NCBI GenBank assembly: GCA_963712625.1
Contig: CAVQIU010000009.1
Coordinates: 27,501-91,500 of the forward strand
Length of the DNA: 64,000 bases
From: an uncultured Actinomycetota bacterium
Lineage (GTDB): Bacteria; Actinomycetota; Actinomycetes; Propionibacteriales; Propionibacteriaceae
Direction of reading: 5' to 3'
Made by a program: the position numbers and the translations under genes. Below, piece after piece: positions 46,539-59,314 of this stretch. Numbering within the stretch: the first letter of the stretch is position 1; every line of letters starts with the position of its first letter. The notes beneath the pieces were generated by a model, which saw only the letters and a list, made by a program, of their open reading frames with translations, ran no database searches and was not told the DNA's origin.

Positions 46539-47968
46539 GTGAGGGTCGTGAAGGAGCAAGAGGACAAGTTCGAGGTCGACCCTGATTGGGCGCTGCCGCG
46601 GGTCAGGAAGCTGGTGCCGGAGGGCGGCCGTCTGGATCAGGAAGTGCGCAAGCTCGATAACACCTACTTCGACACGCCGGACACCGGACTGCGGCTGTTC
46701 GGGATCACGCTGCGCCGGCGCGTCGGGGGCTCTGAGACGGGTTGGCAGCTGAAGATTCCCAATCGGACTGCACGAACGGAACTACAGAGTCGCTCGCGGG
46801 CGAAGAACTTGCCATCGGCGTTAGCGCATGCCGTGGCGGGTCTCGTTAGTGGTGACAGCCTCGACCCTGTCGCATCGCTGATGACCACTCGAACGGCGTA
46901 CCGGTCCTCGATGCCGACGGCGAACTGGTCTTGGAGATTGCGGATGACCAGGTGGATCTGGCACGCCTAACGGCATGCGACACTGCGCTCATGGCGCGAG
47001 GTGGAAGTCGAATTAGGGCCGGCCGGGAAAGAAGAAAGACCTGAGGCGTGCAAGCAAGCTGATGCGGACTGCGGGTGCGACTCCCAGCGCGATACGGACC
47101 AAGCTGGATCGGGCCCTAGGCTCTGCCTCGGCCGAAGGGGAGGTGGCCGATATCAAGCCGGGCACGGTTGGGGAGTTGGTGGCCCGTACCTTGCGACTCA
47201 ATGCGTTGTGCTTGCCAGCAACGACGTCGCGATTGCGCACCGGTGCGCCGGTGGTGCACGAGACTAGGGTGGCTGTGCGCCGGCTGCGCAGTACCTTGCG
47301 GATCTTTGGCGACGTCGTCGACGCAGGCTCGGCAGAGGAGCTCGAACGGTGAGCTGGCTTGGTACGCCGACGTGCTGGGCCAGGTGCGTGACCGCGAGGT
47401 TCTCAGCGCTCGCATGACCAAGCTGATCGCCGATCTGCCGGAGAACAGGTTCGCGGACCGGTCGAAGCAGAGATCACCAAGACTCTCGCGAAGGAGCGGG
47501 ACGACGCTACGCAGCGGCTGAACGAGGCGATGCGTACGCCGCGTTACCAACATCTCATGCAACTGCTACGCGGCTGGAAGACCGCTCCGCCACTCAGTGA
47601 AGTCGCCAACACGAGTGCCAAGACTGCCGCCACGTACGTCAAAAAGGCCCAGCGAAAGGCGGACAAGCGGCTGCGAGAAGCTGGTGACGACATCGAGCAG
47701 CTGCATCGGAGCGCGCAAGGCGATGAAGCGGGCTGCGATACGCCGCCGAACTCGTCGAGCCTGCCGACCACTCGATGAAGCGTGTTGCCCGCGACGCGAA
47801 GCAGATGCAGACGCTTTTGGGCGAGCATCAAGATGCCATCGTCGCCGCACACTTCCTCGCTACGTGAGTGCCTCCGAAGGCGATTCAGAAAGCGGGTTCA
47901 CCTACGGCGTCTTGATGGCAGCCGAGCTGCATCGCGCGGCGGACATTCGCGCGTCATTGCAGGACTAG
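46539..47968 (+). CDS. CYTH + CHAD domain protein, frameshifted
   Basis: EQEDKF (ExExK-like), YFDTPD..L, TLRRR.GG...GWQLK, EVELG, VHETRVAVRRLRS, LGQVRDREV, LGEHQD. Confidence 0.88.
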
Positions 47969-47982
47969 GCGAGGTTCGGCGG

Positions 47983-48408
47983 CTATCCAGCTCTATCGGA
48001 CTCCGCAGGACTGGACTTCGCGACGACGAGGACCTGATCTCGGAGATGCTGCGCGACCAACCGGACCGAGATCCTCTTGAATGCCTTCCTGATGAACTCT
48101 TCGACACCCGGCTCAGCGAGATCGAACTGTACGACGGGAATCTCTCCGTCGCGCTGACCCAACTCAACAATCTCCGCGTGCAGTGAGATCCCTTGCTCAA
48201 CGCGGTCGACGGCGTAAATAGTCGCCGCAACTGGACCATCGACAATCAAGTCGATCGCCACGATCGTGTAGCGGTCCCGATCGATGTGAGCAAGCTCATA
48301 CAGGCTCGGGCGATCCAGTACGGCCTCAGTGTCATCGGCTGCGACCGTACCCACGTAGTCGTTGAAGTTCGTTCTCGCCGGCCCAAGCACGCGTCCCCCA
48401 CGCTCCAT
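47983..48408 (-). CDS. Hypothetical protein
   Basis: 141-aa ORF with globular composition (FNDYVGTVAADD...SLYELA); no family recognised. Confidence 0.6.
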   Translation of the reverse strand: MERGGRVLGPARTNFNDYVGTVAADDTEAVLDRPSLYELAHIDRDRYTIVAIDLIVDGPVAATIYAVDRVEQGISLHAEIVELGQRDGEIPVVQFDLAEPGVEEFIRKAFKRISVRLVAQHLRDQVLVVAKSSPAESDRAG

Positions 48409-48556
48409 GGCCGGACAATTCCACTTCCAGATGAACGCAAGGTGTCTGGAAGATTGATGCTTCTAGGGAATGGGACGAGGCCATTCCGCACGGCACAACT
48501 AGTGCGCCCACACAGCACCCGAGTTCTGCTCTAGTCTCTGGTGCTCATGGAGCCGA

Positions 48557-50763
48557 TCAGGTCCGGTGCGCTGTCCAATCACCGCGCAGGTCGATGTATT
48601 GATGCTGTCCGACCTGCGCTTTCCAGGTGGGACCTCGCACAGCGTGGCCGAAGAGATCGCCGCCCAGGCGCAGGTCGGCTGGTCGACAGGCCTGGTGCAC
48701 ATGAATGGCCCCTTGGTATCCCGAGTCAAGCCAGTGAACGCGCTCATCCGCAAGCAAATACGTCGCGGCCGGGCCACGCTGTTCCTCGGCGAGCGGCCCG
48801 ATACGAGCGAAGGTGGTCGTCGTACGCCATCCAGCAGTGCTGCGAGGCGGCCGCCGATCAACTGCCCCCGATCGAGACCGAGCACGCGGTGCTCGTGGCG
48901 AACGCCCCGCCGACCGACATCGACGGTTACCGGCACTACCGGCCTGCATTGGTCGATCGCATCGCCCGCGAGCGGTTTGGCGTTGCGCCGATCTGGGCGC
49001 CGATCGGCCCGCTGGTGCGTGAGGCTGTCGCTCCGGAGATTCCCGAGGGATTGCGTGAACAGGACTGGGTGAACATCATCGATGTCGACGCCTGGCACAC
49101 CGACCGGCCCTGGTGGCAATCGGACCGGCCAGTGATCGGCCGGCACAGCCGACCGTCGCCGCAGAAGTGGCCAACCGATCCGAAGATCATCGAAGCTGTG
49201 TACCCGGTCGACGGGTCGGCGAGTGTCAGGATCCTTGGTGGCGCTGATCCGGTTCGCGATGTATTGGGCTACGTGCCGGAGTCATGGCAGGTGATGCCCG
49301 TTCGGAGCCGTGGATCCTCGCGAGTTCCTGGCGCAGTTGGATTTCTTCGTCTATTACCACCATCCGGCCTGGGTGGAGGCCTTCGGGCGCAACATCTTGG
49401 AGGCGATGGCCAGCGGTCTCCCGGCGATCCTGCCCCCACACTTTCGTCGGCTGTTCGGCGACTCGGCGATCTACGCCGAACCAGCCGAGGTGCCGTCCCT
49501 CGTGAGCCGGCTCTACGGCGACCGTTCAGCGTATGAGGACATCGTGGCCCGCGCGGAATCCTCGGTTCGAGCCCGGTTTAGCTACGAGGCGCATCAGCAG
49601 CGGCTCTCGGAGCTGATTGGGCCTGCCGGAAACCGTGAGCCAGCCCCGAGCCGTCCCGGCTACTCGCCTCGGCGTGCGGCGCCTAAGGGTCCCGCTCTGC
49701 TTCTCGTCAGCAGCAACGGGGCCGGTATGGGGCACCTCACGCGACTGATGGCATACGCCCGTCGGGTGGATCCTGACCTGGCTCCGAACTTCTTGTCGTT
49801 GTCACAGGCGGTGGGGGTGGTTGGCCCAGTACGGGTACCCGTTCGAGTACGTCCCGTCGATGGGCGCGACAGGATTGTCGTCCAGACGCTGGCACAAGCT
49901 TGTTCGCCGAACGCTTGTCTGATGCAGTGGCACGGCTGCGTCCCGAGGTCGTGGTCTTCGACGGCACCTGGCCGTACGACGGCATCCGACGCGTGCGCGA
50001 GGTGTATTCCGAGGTGCGTTGGGTCTGGTCCCGGCGTGGCATGTGGCGTCGCGGAAAGAGCGTCGAGCAGATCGCGAAGGCTGCGTGGTTCCACGAAGTG
50101 CTTGCTCCAGGGGAGCTGGCTGAGCCGTACGACAAGGGGGCGACCTCGGCTGCCGGCGGGATACGGCTAGGTCCGGTGACCTTGCTTGATGCCGATGAGT
50201 TGGACGACCGGGATGCCGCGCGCCAGGCATTGGGCCTGCCGCTGGACCGTCGGCTCGCATTGCTGGCACTGGGGGCCGGCAACATCAACGACACGAGCCA
50301 GGAAACCGGCGCCGTGGTGGCGGCACTGCAGCGGCTGGGTGTTGAGATCTGCGTGACGCAGACCGAGATTGCACAATCAAATCGGACCGGCGTCGGCGTA
50401 CACGTGGTCCGCGAGTTCCCGCTTTCCCGGCGGTTCCGCGCGTTCGACCTGGCGGTCAGTGCATCGGGCTACAACTCGTTCCACGAGCTGCTGCGGTTCG
50501 GCATTCCAGCGCTGTTCATCCCGAACCAGGAAACGGCTCTGGACGACCAGGAGGGCCGCGCGCGGTTCGCCTCCGACCAAGGGATAGCTCACATGCTGGG
50601 CGGGTCACCGTGGATGCTGCGGCTGCGCTGCTGGATGACCTGCTGCAGCGCGGACAGGCCATGGTGGCGAAGGTTCCATCTCTCGATCACGGCAATGGAG
50701 CGGCCAGCGCGGCCACACTTCTGCGCGAGCTCGCAGGGCAGAAGTCGGGCTGTTCATGTCTGA
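48557..50763 (+). CDS. Two-domain GT-B glycosyltransferase fusion (GT4-like + GT28-like), frameshifted
   Basis: SDLRFPGGTS, IGRHSR..KWP, EAFGRNILEAMASG, then in the same frame SSNGAGMGHLTR; ASGYNSFHE, DDQEGRA. Confidence 0.8.
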
Positions 50764-51332
50764 GGATCCGCTTCGACGAGCCGTCGGGCTGGCCCGCCGC
50801 GATGCCGGGATATCGATTCGTCCGTCGTCGGGCGGTTCCGCGGATCCGGCGGAGCGCTGCGGCGCGAGCGTTGGTCGACCCGCATGTTCTCCATGGAGTC
50901 TCGACGGTCAGGGCGCCGCCGGCCATAGATGTCGCGCCTGGCCGACTGCTGGCAGGTCTCGGCGTGGAGCAATTGCCGGTGATCTTGGTGAGCCTCGTCG
51001 GATTCGCCGATGGCATGGGTGAACATGCGGCGGTCAGCGAGGTCGTGGACGCTGTGATCGACGATGTCGCCGAGATGCAGGTGCTGGGCGCCGGATTCCG
51101 TCCGGTGTTCCTGCTCGACACCCCGGCCTTCACTCGGGCACGCAGCTACGGTTATGTTGCCGAGCTGGTCACGCCTCGTACCGCCTGGCTGGGCGAGCCT
51201 GCAGAATGGCCGGAGTACATCGGCGCTCGGGTTGCATCGATAGCGACGGCCTACGGCGTCTCGGGCGTGATCGCCGTCGGTCCCGACGGGCTCGACGACG
51301 TGGGACGCGGCCTGCTGCGGTCGTACGGATAA
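50756..51332 (+). CDS. Hypothetical protein in glycosyltransferase cluster, frameshifted
   Basis: GAGFRPVFLLDTPAF..ARSYGYVAEL; overlaps the stop of the upstream gene. Confidence 0.6.
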
Positions 51333-51561
51333 GCCCGTCGATGCAGCAGATGTCGCACGATCCACGCGTGTGTATGTCGCCAGCATCAATCGTTAACCCG
51401 ATCTTCACCGCGAGTGCTTCCCGCGCTTGCCGGGCCGATGCGACGGCCTGCTTGCCTCGTAGTGTGCGTTGCGGCCAGTAGCATTTTGCATCAACAGTCA
51501 CACGCGTAAAGGCGAATACACCGCAACGGCCAGAGCATCGCGTCATGGAGGTCGGGAGCCA

Positions 51562-52830
51562 ATGGAAAGCTCGGTTGACGCCGTCATTATCGGCATGGGC
51601 TACGTGGGACTGCCCTTGGCGCGGGAAGCCAGCGCCAACGGTCTCAGCGTGATCGGTCTCGATGTCAATCCTGAAGTCGTTGACGGGCTCAATCATGGCC
51701 GTTCGCACATCGACGATCTTGCTGATTCCGACGTCGAGGAGATGCTTGGCCAAGGTTTCTTCGCCACGACCGACGTACGGCAACTGCGCCGAGCCCGGAC
51801 CATCGTCATCTGTGTGCCGACGCCGCTGTCGAGCGACGGAGCCCCTGATCTTGGTCCGTGTCCGCGTCGCCGTGCGTTCGGTTGCCGAGCACCTCCAGCC
51901 CGGGCACTCTCGTGATCTTGGAATCGACGACGTACCCCGGAACGACCGACGAGGAGATTCGGCCGATCCTCGAGTCCGGCGGAATGATCGCGGGAAAGGA
52001 CTTCCATCTGGCCTTCTCGCCGGAACGGATCGACCCGGGCAACCCGAACTTCGGTCCGAAGAACACACCGAAAGTTGTCGGTGGCCACACCTTCGCGTGC
52101 GCCGACGCGGCTGAGGCGTTCTATTCCAGATTCATCGACAAGGTCGTTCGTACCAAGGGCACCCGCGAGGCCGAGATGGCAAAGTTATTGGAGAACACTT
52201 ATCGGCACATCAACATTGCCCTGGTCAACGAGATGGCCCGATTTTGCCACGAACTCGACATCGATCTGTGGGATGTGATCGCGGCAGCGAGTACCAAACC
52301 TTCGGCTTCGAGCCATTCCGGCCAGGTCCTGGTGTCGGCGGTCACTGCATCCCGATCGACCCTAATTATTTGTCCCATCAGGTGCGGGCGCGGCTGGGCT
52401 ATCCCTTCCGGTTCGTCGAGCTGGCCCAGGAGATCAACGCCTCCATGCCGAGCTATATCGCACGGCGAATTCAAGATCAGCTCAACCTCGACGGGAAGCC
52501 GCTGCGGGGCTCGCTGGTGATCCTTCTCGGCGTGACCTACAAGCCGAACATTGCCGACACCCGAGAATCTCCGGCAATCCCACTGGCCAAGACCTTGCTC
52601 CAGCGAGGCGCCACTTGTGGTTCCACGATCCGCTGGTCAAACAGCTTTCGGTTGCCGGACACGACGTACCACGGGTCGACGATGTCGATCAATCGCTAGG
52701 TGCGGCAGATATCTGTGTACTGCTCCAGAACCACAGCGGGTACGACCTTGATGCCATGACTGCCGCCTCACAGCGCTTCTTCGACACCCGAGGTGTGACG
52801 CGTCGGGCGCACCACGTCCAGCTGTTGTAA
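51562..52830 (+). CDS. UDP-N-acetylhexosamine/nucleotide-sugar dehydrogenase (WbpA/TviB-like), frameshifted
   Basis: IGMGYVGLPLA, ICVPTP, ESTTYPGTT, FSPERIDPGN, KLLENTYR, GVGGHCIP.DP, GVTYK. Confidence 0.92.
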
Positions 52831-53933
52831 TGGCCGCGCTCCCTCCGGGTCAGACAAGACTCCTGAGCCGTACAACGAGCCCTCCCGCGCGCCGCACAGC
52901 GCGCGGGCATTCGGCCCTGGTCATGACCGTGGTACACAACCCTGAAGATTCAAGGATCCGGCAACGTCAAATCGAAGCCTTGATCGCCGCAGGCTGGCAG
53001 GTGACGTACGCGGCTCCGTTCCGCGCGTTCGGTCTTGAGGTTCCACCGATTCGAGCTACGCGCCCGGAATCTCGGCCGTCTGCAGAGCCTGAACTTGCCC
53101 GCGGTCTGCTGGCCGACGCCGCTTCCGCGCCTGGCAAGCGGCCCGCGCGATCATGCGGATGTCCGGACAAGATCACGATGTGATTTTGGTCCATGATCCT
53201 GAGCTGCTGCTGGCCGCTGCAGGGCTCGGCATGAAGAACCTGATCTGGGATGTCCATGAAGATCCTGCAGCTGCCCTTCGAGTGAAGTCATGGATGCCGA
53301 AGATGTTACGCCGTCCCGTGGCTGCGGCCTGGCGCGGAGTCGAAAGGTGGCGGAACGGCGGCATCACTTATTGCTGGCCGAGCATGCCTATCAGAAGAGG
53401 TTCCGCGGGTCGCATCCAGTGGTTGCCAATTCCGTATCGGTCCCGAGGGTGGTTGCCCCGCCTGGTGCGGAGCGTGTCAGCTATCTGGGCTCGGTAACGA
53501 TGTCCCGTGGTTGCGACACCATGATCAAGGTCGGCTGCGAAATTACTCCTCCAACTGACCGAGTCAGTTTGCCGACCAAGATCGTTGAGTACTGCGCACT
53601 CGGGGTGCCGGTGATCACGACTCCGCTGCCGCTGGCATCCGAGCTGCTCAAATCGGAGGATGTCGGCTTCGAGTGTGCCATGGGATGATCCGAGCGCGGT
53701 GGTCGACACAATCGCGAAGTTGAGGGCTGACCCGGACCTGAGGCGGCGGCTGGGTGCTCAACGGCCACCAGGTTGCGCTCCGTGAGCACGATTGGAAAAA
53801 CCTGTCGATCGACTTCGTACGCGTGATGGATGCGATCGCCACACAACTGCGCGACGCATCACCTCGCGACCGCGACCCAAAGCCACGTCTCCCGTCTGAA
53901 GACGGCCAGCGTGTGCTTGAAGAGCGGATTTGA
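52830..53933 (+). CDS. GT4-family glycosyltransferase, frameshifted and apparently internally deleted
   Basis: VHNPEDSRI, VHDPELL, WDVHED, YLGS...RG, SLPTKIVEY..GVPVI. Confidence 0.75.
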
Positions 53934-53977
53934 CCCTGTTCTTGCCGTCCTGAGACGGCGAACGCTGCGCCGAGGCG

Positions 53978-54251
53978 CTATCGCCACAGAGTCGCGAGCG
54001 CGAACGCGGCGGCCATCCCGCCCATGCCGATGAGGATGTTCCAGTTGCCGAGCGCGTCCATGAACGGGATGTACTGACCCGGCGACGTAATAGGTGATCA
54101 GCCAGGCGACACCGAGCAATCCGACCGCGATGAAGGTTGGGGGTACCCAGCGCCGACTCGCCGGAGCCTTGATTTTCTTTGGCTTCGACGCCTGCTGCGC
54201 CTTGAGCTTCTGCTTCTCGGCGGCGGATTTTCGCGTTCTCGACTCGGGCAC
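53978..54251 (-). CDS. crgA: Cell division protein CrgA, frameshifted
   Basis: MPESRTRK, W.PP, GVAWLITYY, LGNWN; divergent from DUF881. Confidence 0.92.
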
Positions 54252-54371
54252 CAGATTCTCCTTGCTGTTGAAGTAGGTAGCGTAGTCAAAGACTCACGGC
54301 GCACGACCTATCGTTGCCGCGCAGGCTGTGGGATTCCGCGCTCAATTCGCTCAATCGGGAAGGACGCAGAC

Positions 54372-55203
54372 TTGTCCGAACGCACGGCCGCCGATGCGTG
54401 GCGCGCGGTTGTCTCGGTCCTGCGCCGCGCCCGTGCCGCTCAGCGTCGGCGCGATCGAGATCGGCGCCCGCTTGCTCGTACGCTCACCGCGGCGGTATGC
54501 GGACTTGCCGGATTGATGATCATCATCAGCGCGACTGCACGCCCAGGGCACCGATCTGCGCCCGGCGCGGAACACCGATCTGGTCAGCCTCGTTCAGTCC
54601 CAGTCACGTCACAACACCGAACTGACCCGCCAGCTGGGCACCCTGCGCCAGGAAGTCGACGGGCTGGCAGCACGGGGGAACGAGCAGTCAGCGCTAGGCC
54701 CCGAAATCTCGCAGACAGGCGAGCCGCGTCGGTCTGACTGAGGTCGTCCGGGCCGGCGGTGACGGTGACGCTCGATGACGCGCCATCGAGCGTGGCGGCG
54801 AACGGCATCGAACCCGACCTGCTCGTTGTGCACCAGCAAGATATTCAGGCCGTGGTCAACGCGCTGTGGAGCGGCGGGGCCGAGGCAATGACGATCCAAG
54901 GACAGCGCGTGATCTCGACTACTGCGGTCAAGTGCGTTGGCAATACGGTCGTGCTGCACGGCATCCCGTACGGTCCGCCGTACGACGTCAGTTGCGATCG
55001 GCGACCAAGCACGGTTGCTCGACGCACTCGCCGAATCCGAGCCGATCCAGATCTATCAGCAGTACGTAGAGTCCTACGGGCTGGTCTTCCGGGAAAAGTC
55101 TTTGCCCACGGTCAAACTTCCGGCCCACGAAGGCTCGCTCGACCTCGTACATGCGGCGCCGTACACCGGTTTCGGCGTGCGTGGCGACAGCGGTGCTCGC
55201 TAG
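54372..55203 (+). CDS. DUF881 family protein, frameshifted
   Basis: GP.VTVTLDDAP, VVHQQDIQAVVNALWSGGAEAMTIQGQR, CVGN. Confidence 0.9.
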
Positions 55204-55217
55204 CGGAGAATGATCGC

Positions 55218-55856
55218 GTGCCTGCGGTGAAGATCCTGGTGATCGACAACTACGACTCCTTTGTCTACAACCTGGTGCAGTACCTGGCGCAGATCGGCGC
55301 CGACGTCGATGTCTGGCGCAATGACGACTCGCGGTTCTACGATCCCGATTTCGCGGACGGCTTCGACGGCATTCTGCTCTCGCCGGGTCCGGGTACGCCA
55401 GAGGAGGCAGGGGTATGCGTTGAGGTGGTCAGAAGCCATGCGGGCCGGCTGCCGATCTTCGGCGTCTGCCTCGGGCTGCAGGCCATCGGCGTCGCGTACG
55501 GGGGCGTGGTTGATCGAGCGCCTGAGCTGCTGCATGGCAAGACCTCGCTCATTCAACATGAGGGGCTCGGCGTGCTCGCCGGCCTGCCCTCACCATTCAC
55601 CGCCACCCGATATCACTCGCTGGCCATCGAGCCCGCGACGCTGCCGTCCGCGCTGGAGGTGACGGCGACCACACCCAGCGGAGTGATCATGGCCGTACGT
55701 CATCGCGAGCTGCCCGTCGAAGCGGTGCAGTTTCATCCCGAGTCAGTGCTGACCGAATGGGGCTACCAGATGCTGGCGAACTGGCTGGCGATCTGCGGTG
55801 ATGCCGAGGCTCCCGCGCGGGCTGTCGGCATGGCCCCGCTAATGTCGGCACGCTGA
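55218..55856 (+). CDS. trpG: Aminodeoxychorismate/anthranilate synthase component II (glutamine amidotransferase)
   Basis: IDNYDSF, LSPGPG, GVCLG, TRYHSL, VQFHPES. Confidence 0.93.
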   Translation: MPAVKILVIDNYDSFVYNLVQYLAQIGADVDVWRNDDSRFYDPDFADGFDGILLSPGPGTPEEAGVCVEVVRSHAGRLPIFGVCLGLQAIGVAYGGVVDRAPELLHGKTSLIQHEGLGVLAGLPSPFTATRYHSLAIEPATLPSALEVTATTPSGVIMAVRHRELPVEAVQFHPESVLTEWGYQMLANWLAICGDAEAPARAVGMAPLMSAR

Positions 55857-56725
<869 letters not shown>

Positions 56726-56767
56726 GGAATATGCGCCCTGAGCGCTGATGCGGAGCGTCGCGCCGGC

Positions 56768-57404
56768 TTAGCGTACGCCGCTCGGCCGGAACTGCACGCT
56801 GATCCGCGGACCTACGGGTCGAGCGGTCTTCGGGATCGCGTGCTCCCAAGTGCGCTGGCAGGAGCCGCCCATCACGATCAGATCGCCGTGACCCAGCAGG
56901 TGCCTGATCGTTGCGCCGCCACCTCGCGGGCGCAGCAGGAAGTGCCGCGGTGACCCGAGCGAGATGATCGCCACCATCGTGTCCTCGGACTTGCCGCGCC
57001 CGATGGTGTCGCCGTGCCAGGCGACTGAGTCGCGCCCGTCGCGATACAGGCACAACCCAGCGGTCGTGAAAGGCTCGCCGAGCTCGGCTTCATAGTGCGC
57101 ATTCAGGGCCTCGCGGGCCGTCACCAGATCAGGGATGAGGAAGTGGATCGTCCTCGCCGTAGAAGCTGAGCAGTCGCGGCACGTCGACAACCCGCTCGTA
57201 CATCTGTCGCCGCTCGGCCTGCCACGGCACCTGCTCCAGGAGATCTTCAAAGAGGGTGCTGGCGCCGCTCAGCCAGCCGGGCAGCAGATCTACCCAGGCG
57301 CCTCGGCCGAGAGGCTGGCGGGTGATCATGCCGCCAAGCGGCCCGAGCGCGAGGTGGTCGGTCGGCATCAGATCGAAGAGGGACGTCTGAACAACGCTAG
57401 ACAT
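56768..57404 (-). CDS. alkB: AlkB-family 2-oxoglutarate/Fe(II) dioxygenase, frameshifted
   Basis: YRDGRDSVAWHGD (HxD), ISLG, WEHAIPK, RISVQFR. Confidence 0.9.
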
Positions 57405-57414
57405 GGCGCCAATC

Positions 57415-57449
57415 TAGCACAGATATTCGATTATGCATTCGAATATCTG
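57415..57449. promoter_or_regulatory. Palindrome with LexA (SOS)-box-like sites upstream of alkB
   Basis: CAGATATTCGA-N8-TCGAATATCTG; minus-strand TCGAAT-N4-AATCGA and TCGAAT-N4-GTGCTA versus consensus TCGAAC-N4-GTTCGA. Confidence 0.5.
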
Positions 57450-59314
57450 GGAGTGCTGATTCGCCCTGGTTCCCCTGGTCGGGTGTCGGTGTGGGCGTGG
57501 TTGTCGGCTCGGTGGTTGTCGTCGGTTGCTGTCGGTGGCTCGGTCGGTTGCTCGGTGGTCGGTGGCGGGGCAGGTGGTGGCGCGGTCGCGAGCGTGAGTT
57601 CGATTCTGGTGTCGCGATCGACTGTTGCGCCTGCCCGTGGGCTCTGGGCGATCACCGTACCGGCAGGCTGGGAACTCTCCCGCTCGACGAATTGCGGCTC
57701 CCCGAAGCCGGCATCCCTGGCCTCACGGATCGCTGCGCCGCGACTCAGACCCTCGAAGTTCGGAACCTCCGACTTGCCGGTGGCGTACCTGACGGTGATC
57801 TTGCTGTCCAGCGGTACGGTCGAGCCCTCCTTCGGTGAGATGCTGATCACCTCGCCTGGCTTGGTGTCGGGATCCTCGCTCTTGGCCGCCACCGTATTGA
57901 CGTTGCTGAACTTCAGATCATCGAGAGCGTTTTCGACGTCTTTGACATCCTCGCCGACCAGGCCATCGGGAATGGTGCCGGTCTTGGGGCCCTCGTTCAA
58001 GGTGATGGTGACGATGCTGTTCACGTCGCACCTCGGTGCTGGCGACGGGATCTTGAGCCGTGATCGTGCCTTTGGTCTCCTCGTCGCCGTTGACTTTCTT
58101 GACTTCGACCTGGAGGTTGTTCGCGGTGAGCTGGTCGCGTGCCTGCTGCTCGGTTAGGTCGAGCACGTTCGGCACCTCGACCTGCTCGACCGTAGGCGGC
58201 GTCGGGTTGAACATCCGGTAGAGCGCCCAGCCGCCGAGGCCCAACGCCAGCACGATCAGCGCCCTGATGAGGATTGCCAGGCCGACTCGACTCTTGCGCG
58301 GTTCCTCTTCCTCGTCGTACTCCTCCTCACCGCAGTTCCTCAGGCGGGACAACGGTTGGCGGCCCAGCCACATGGGTGGGGGTGTCGTACGCGTTGGCAG
58401 CCATCGCTCCTGCTGCCATGGGCACCACGGCGGTTGTCCGCTGCGCGGTGGTCTGCTCGCCGGAGAGCAAGCGAGTGATGTCGGCCTTCATCTCCCTGGC
58501 GGACTGGTAGCGGTCGGCGCGGGTCCTTGGCGAGCGCCTTCAGGACGACCGCGTCGATCTCGGGAGTAATCTCCGGGTCCAGCTGGCTGGGTGGCAGTCG
58601 GAGCCTCGCGTACGTGCTGGTAGGCGACACTCACTGGCGAATCGCCCACGAACGGCGGCCGACCGACAAGCAACTCATAGAGCAAGCAACCGGCTCGAGT
58701 AGAGGTCACTGCGGGCGTCCACGGTCTCGCCGCGGGCCTGCTCGGGCGAGAGGTACTGAGCTGTGCCGATCACTGCTGCGGTCTGGGTCATGGTGGCACT
58801 GGTGTCTGCCACAGCCCGGGCGATGCCGAAGTCCATCACCTTGACCCCGCCGTTGGGGGTGAGCATCACATTGGCCGGTTTGATGTCGCGGTGCACGATG
58901 CCGGCCTTGTGGCTGTAGCTCAAGGCGTCCAGGACACCCTGGGTCAGTTCCATCGCCCGCTCGGGCAGGATCTTGCGTCCCTCGCGGAGCACATCCCGCA
59001 ACGTCGAGCCCTCGACCAGCTCCATCACGATGTAGGGGATCGAAACGCCGGACAGCGGATCGATCTCCTCGCCGGTGTCGTAGACGGCGACGATCGTCGG
59101 ATGGTTCAGGCCCGGCGGCGGACTGAGCTTCGCGGCGAAACCGTGCCTGAAACGTCGGGTCGATAGCGAGGTCGGTACGCAGCTGCTTGACCGCAACGGA
59201 CCGCCCGAGCCGTTGGTCGACAGCACGACGGACCTCCGCCATGCCGCCGCGCCCGAGCAGCTCGCCCAGTTCGTAGCGGCCCCCGACCGTCGTTGGGCTG
59301 CTAGTCATCCCCAT
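57431..59314 (-). CDS. pknB: PASTA-domain Ser/Thr kinase PknB, frameshifted (3' end uncertain)
   Basis: LGRGGMAEV, HRDIKPANV, MDFGIARA, GTAQYLSPEQ, TM, three PASTA-like repeats. Confidence 0.95.
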
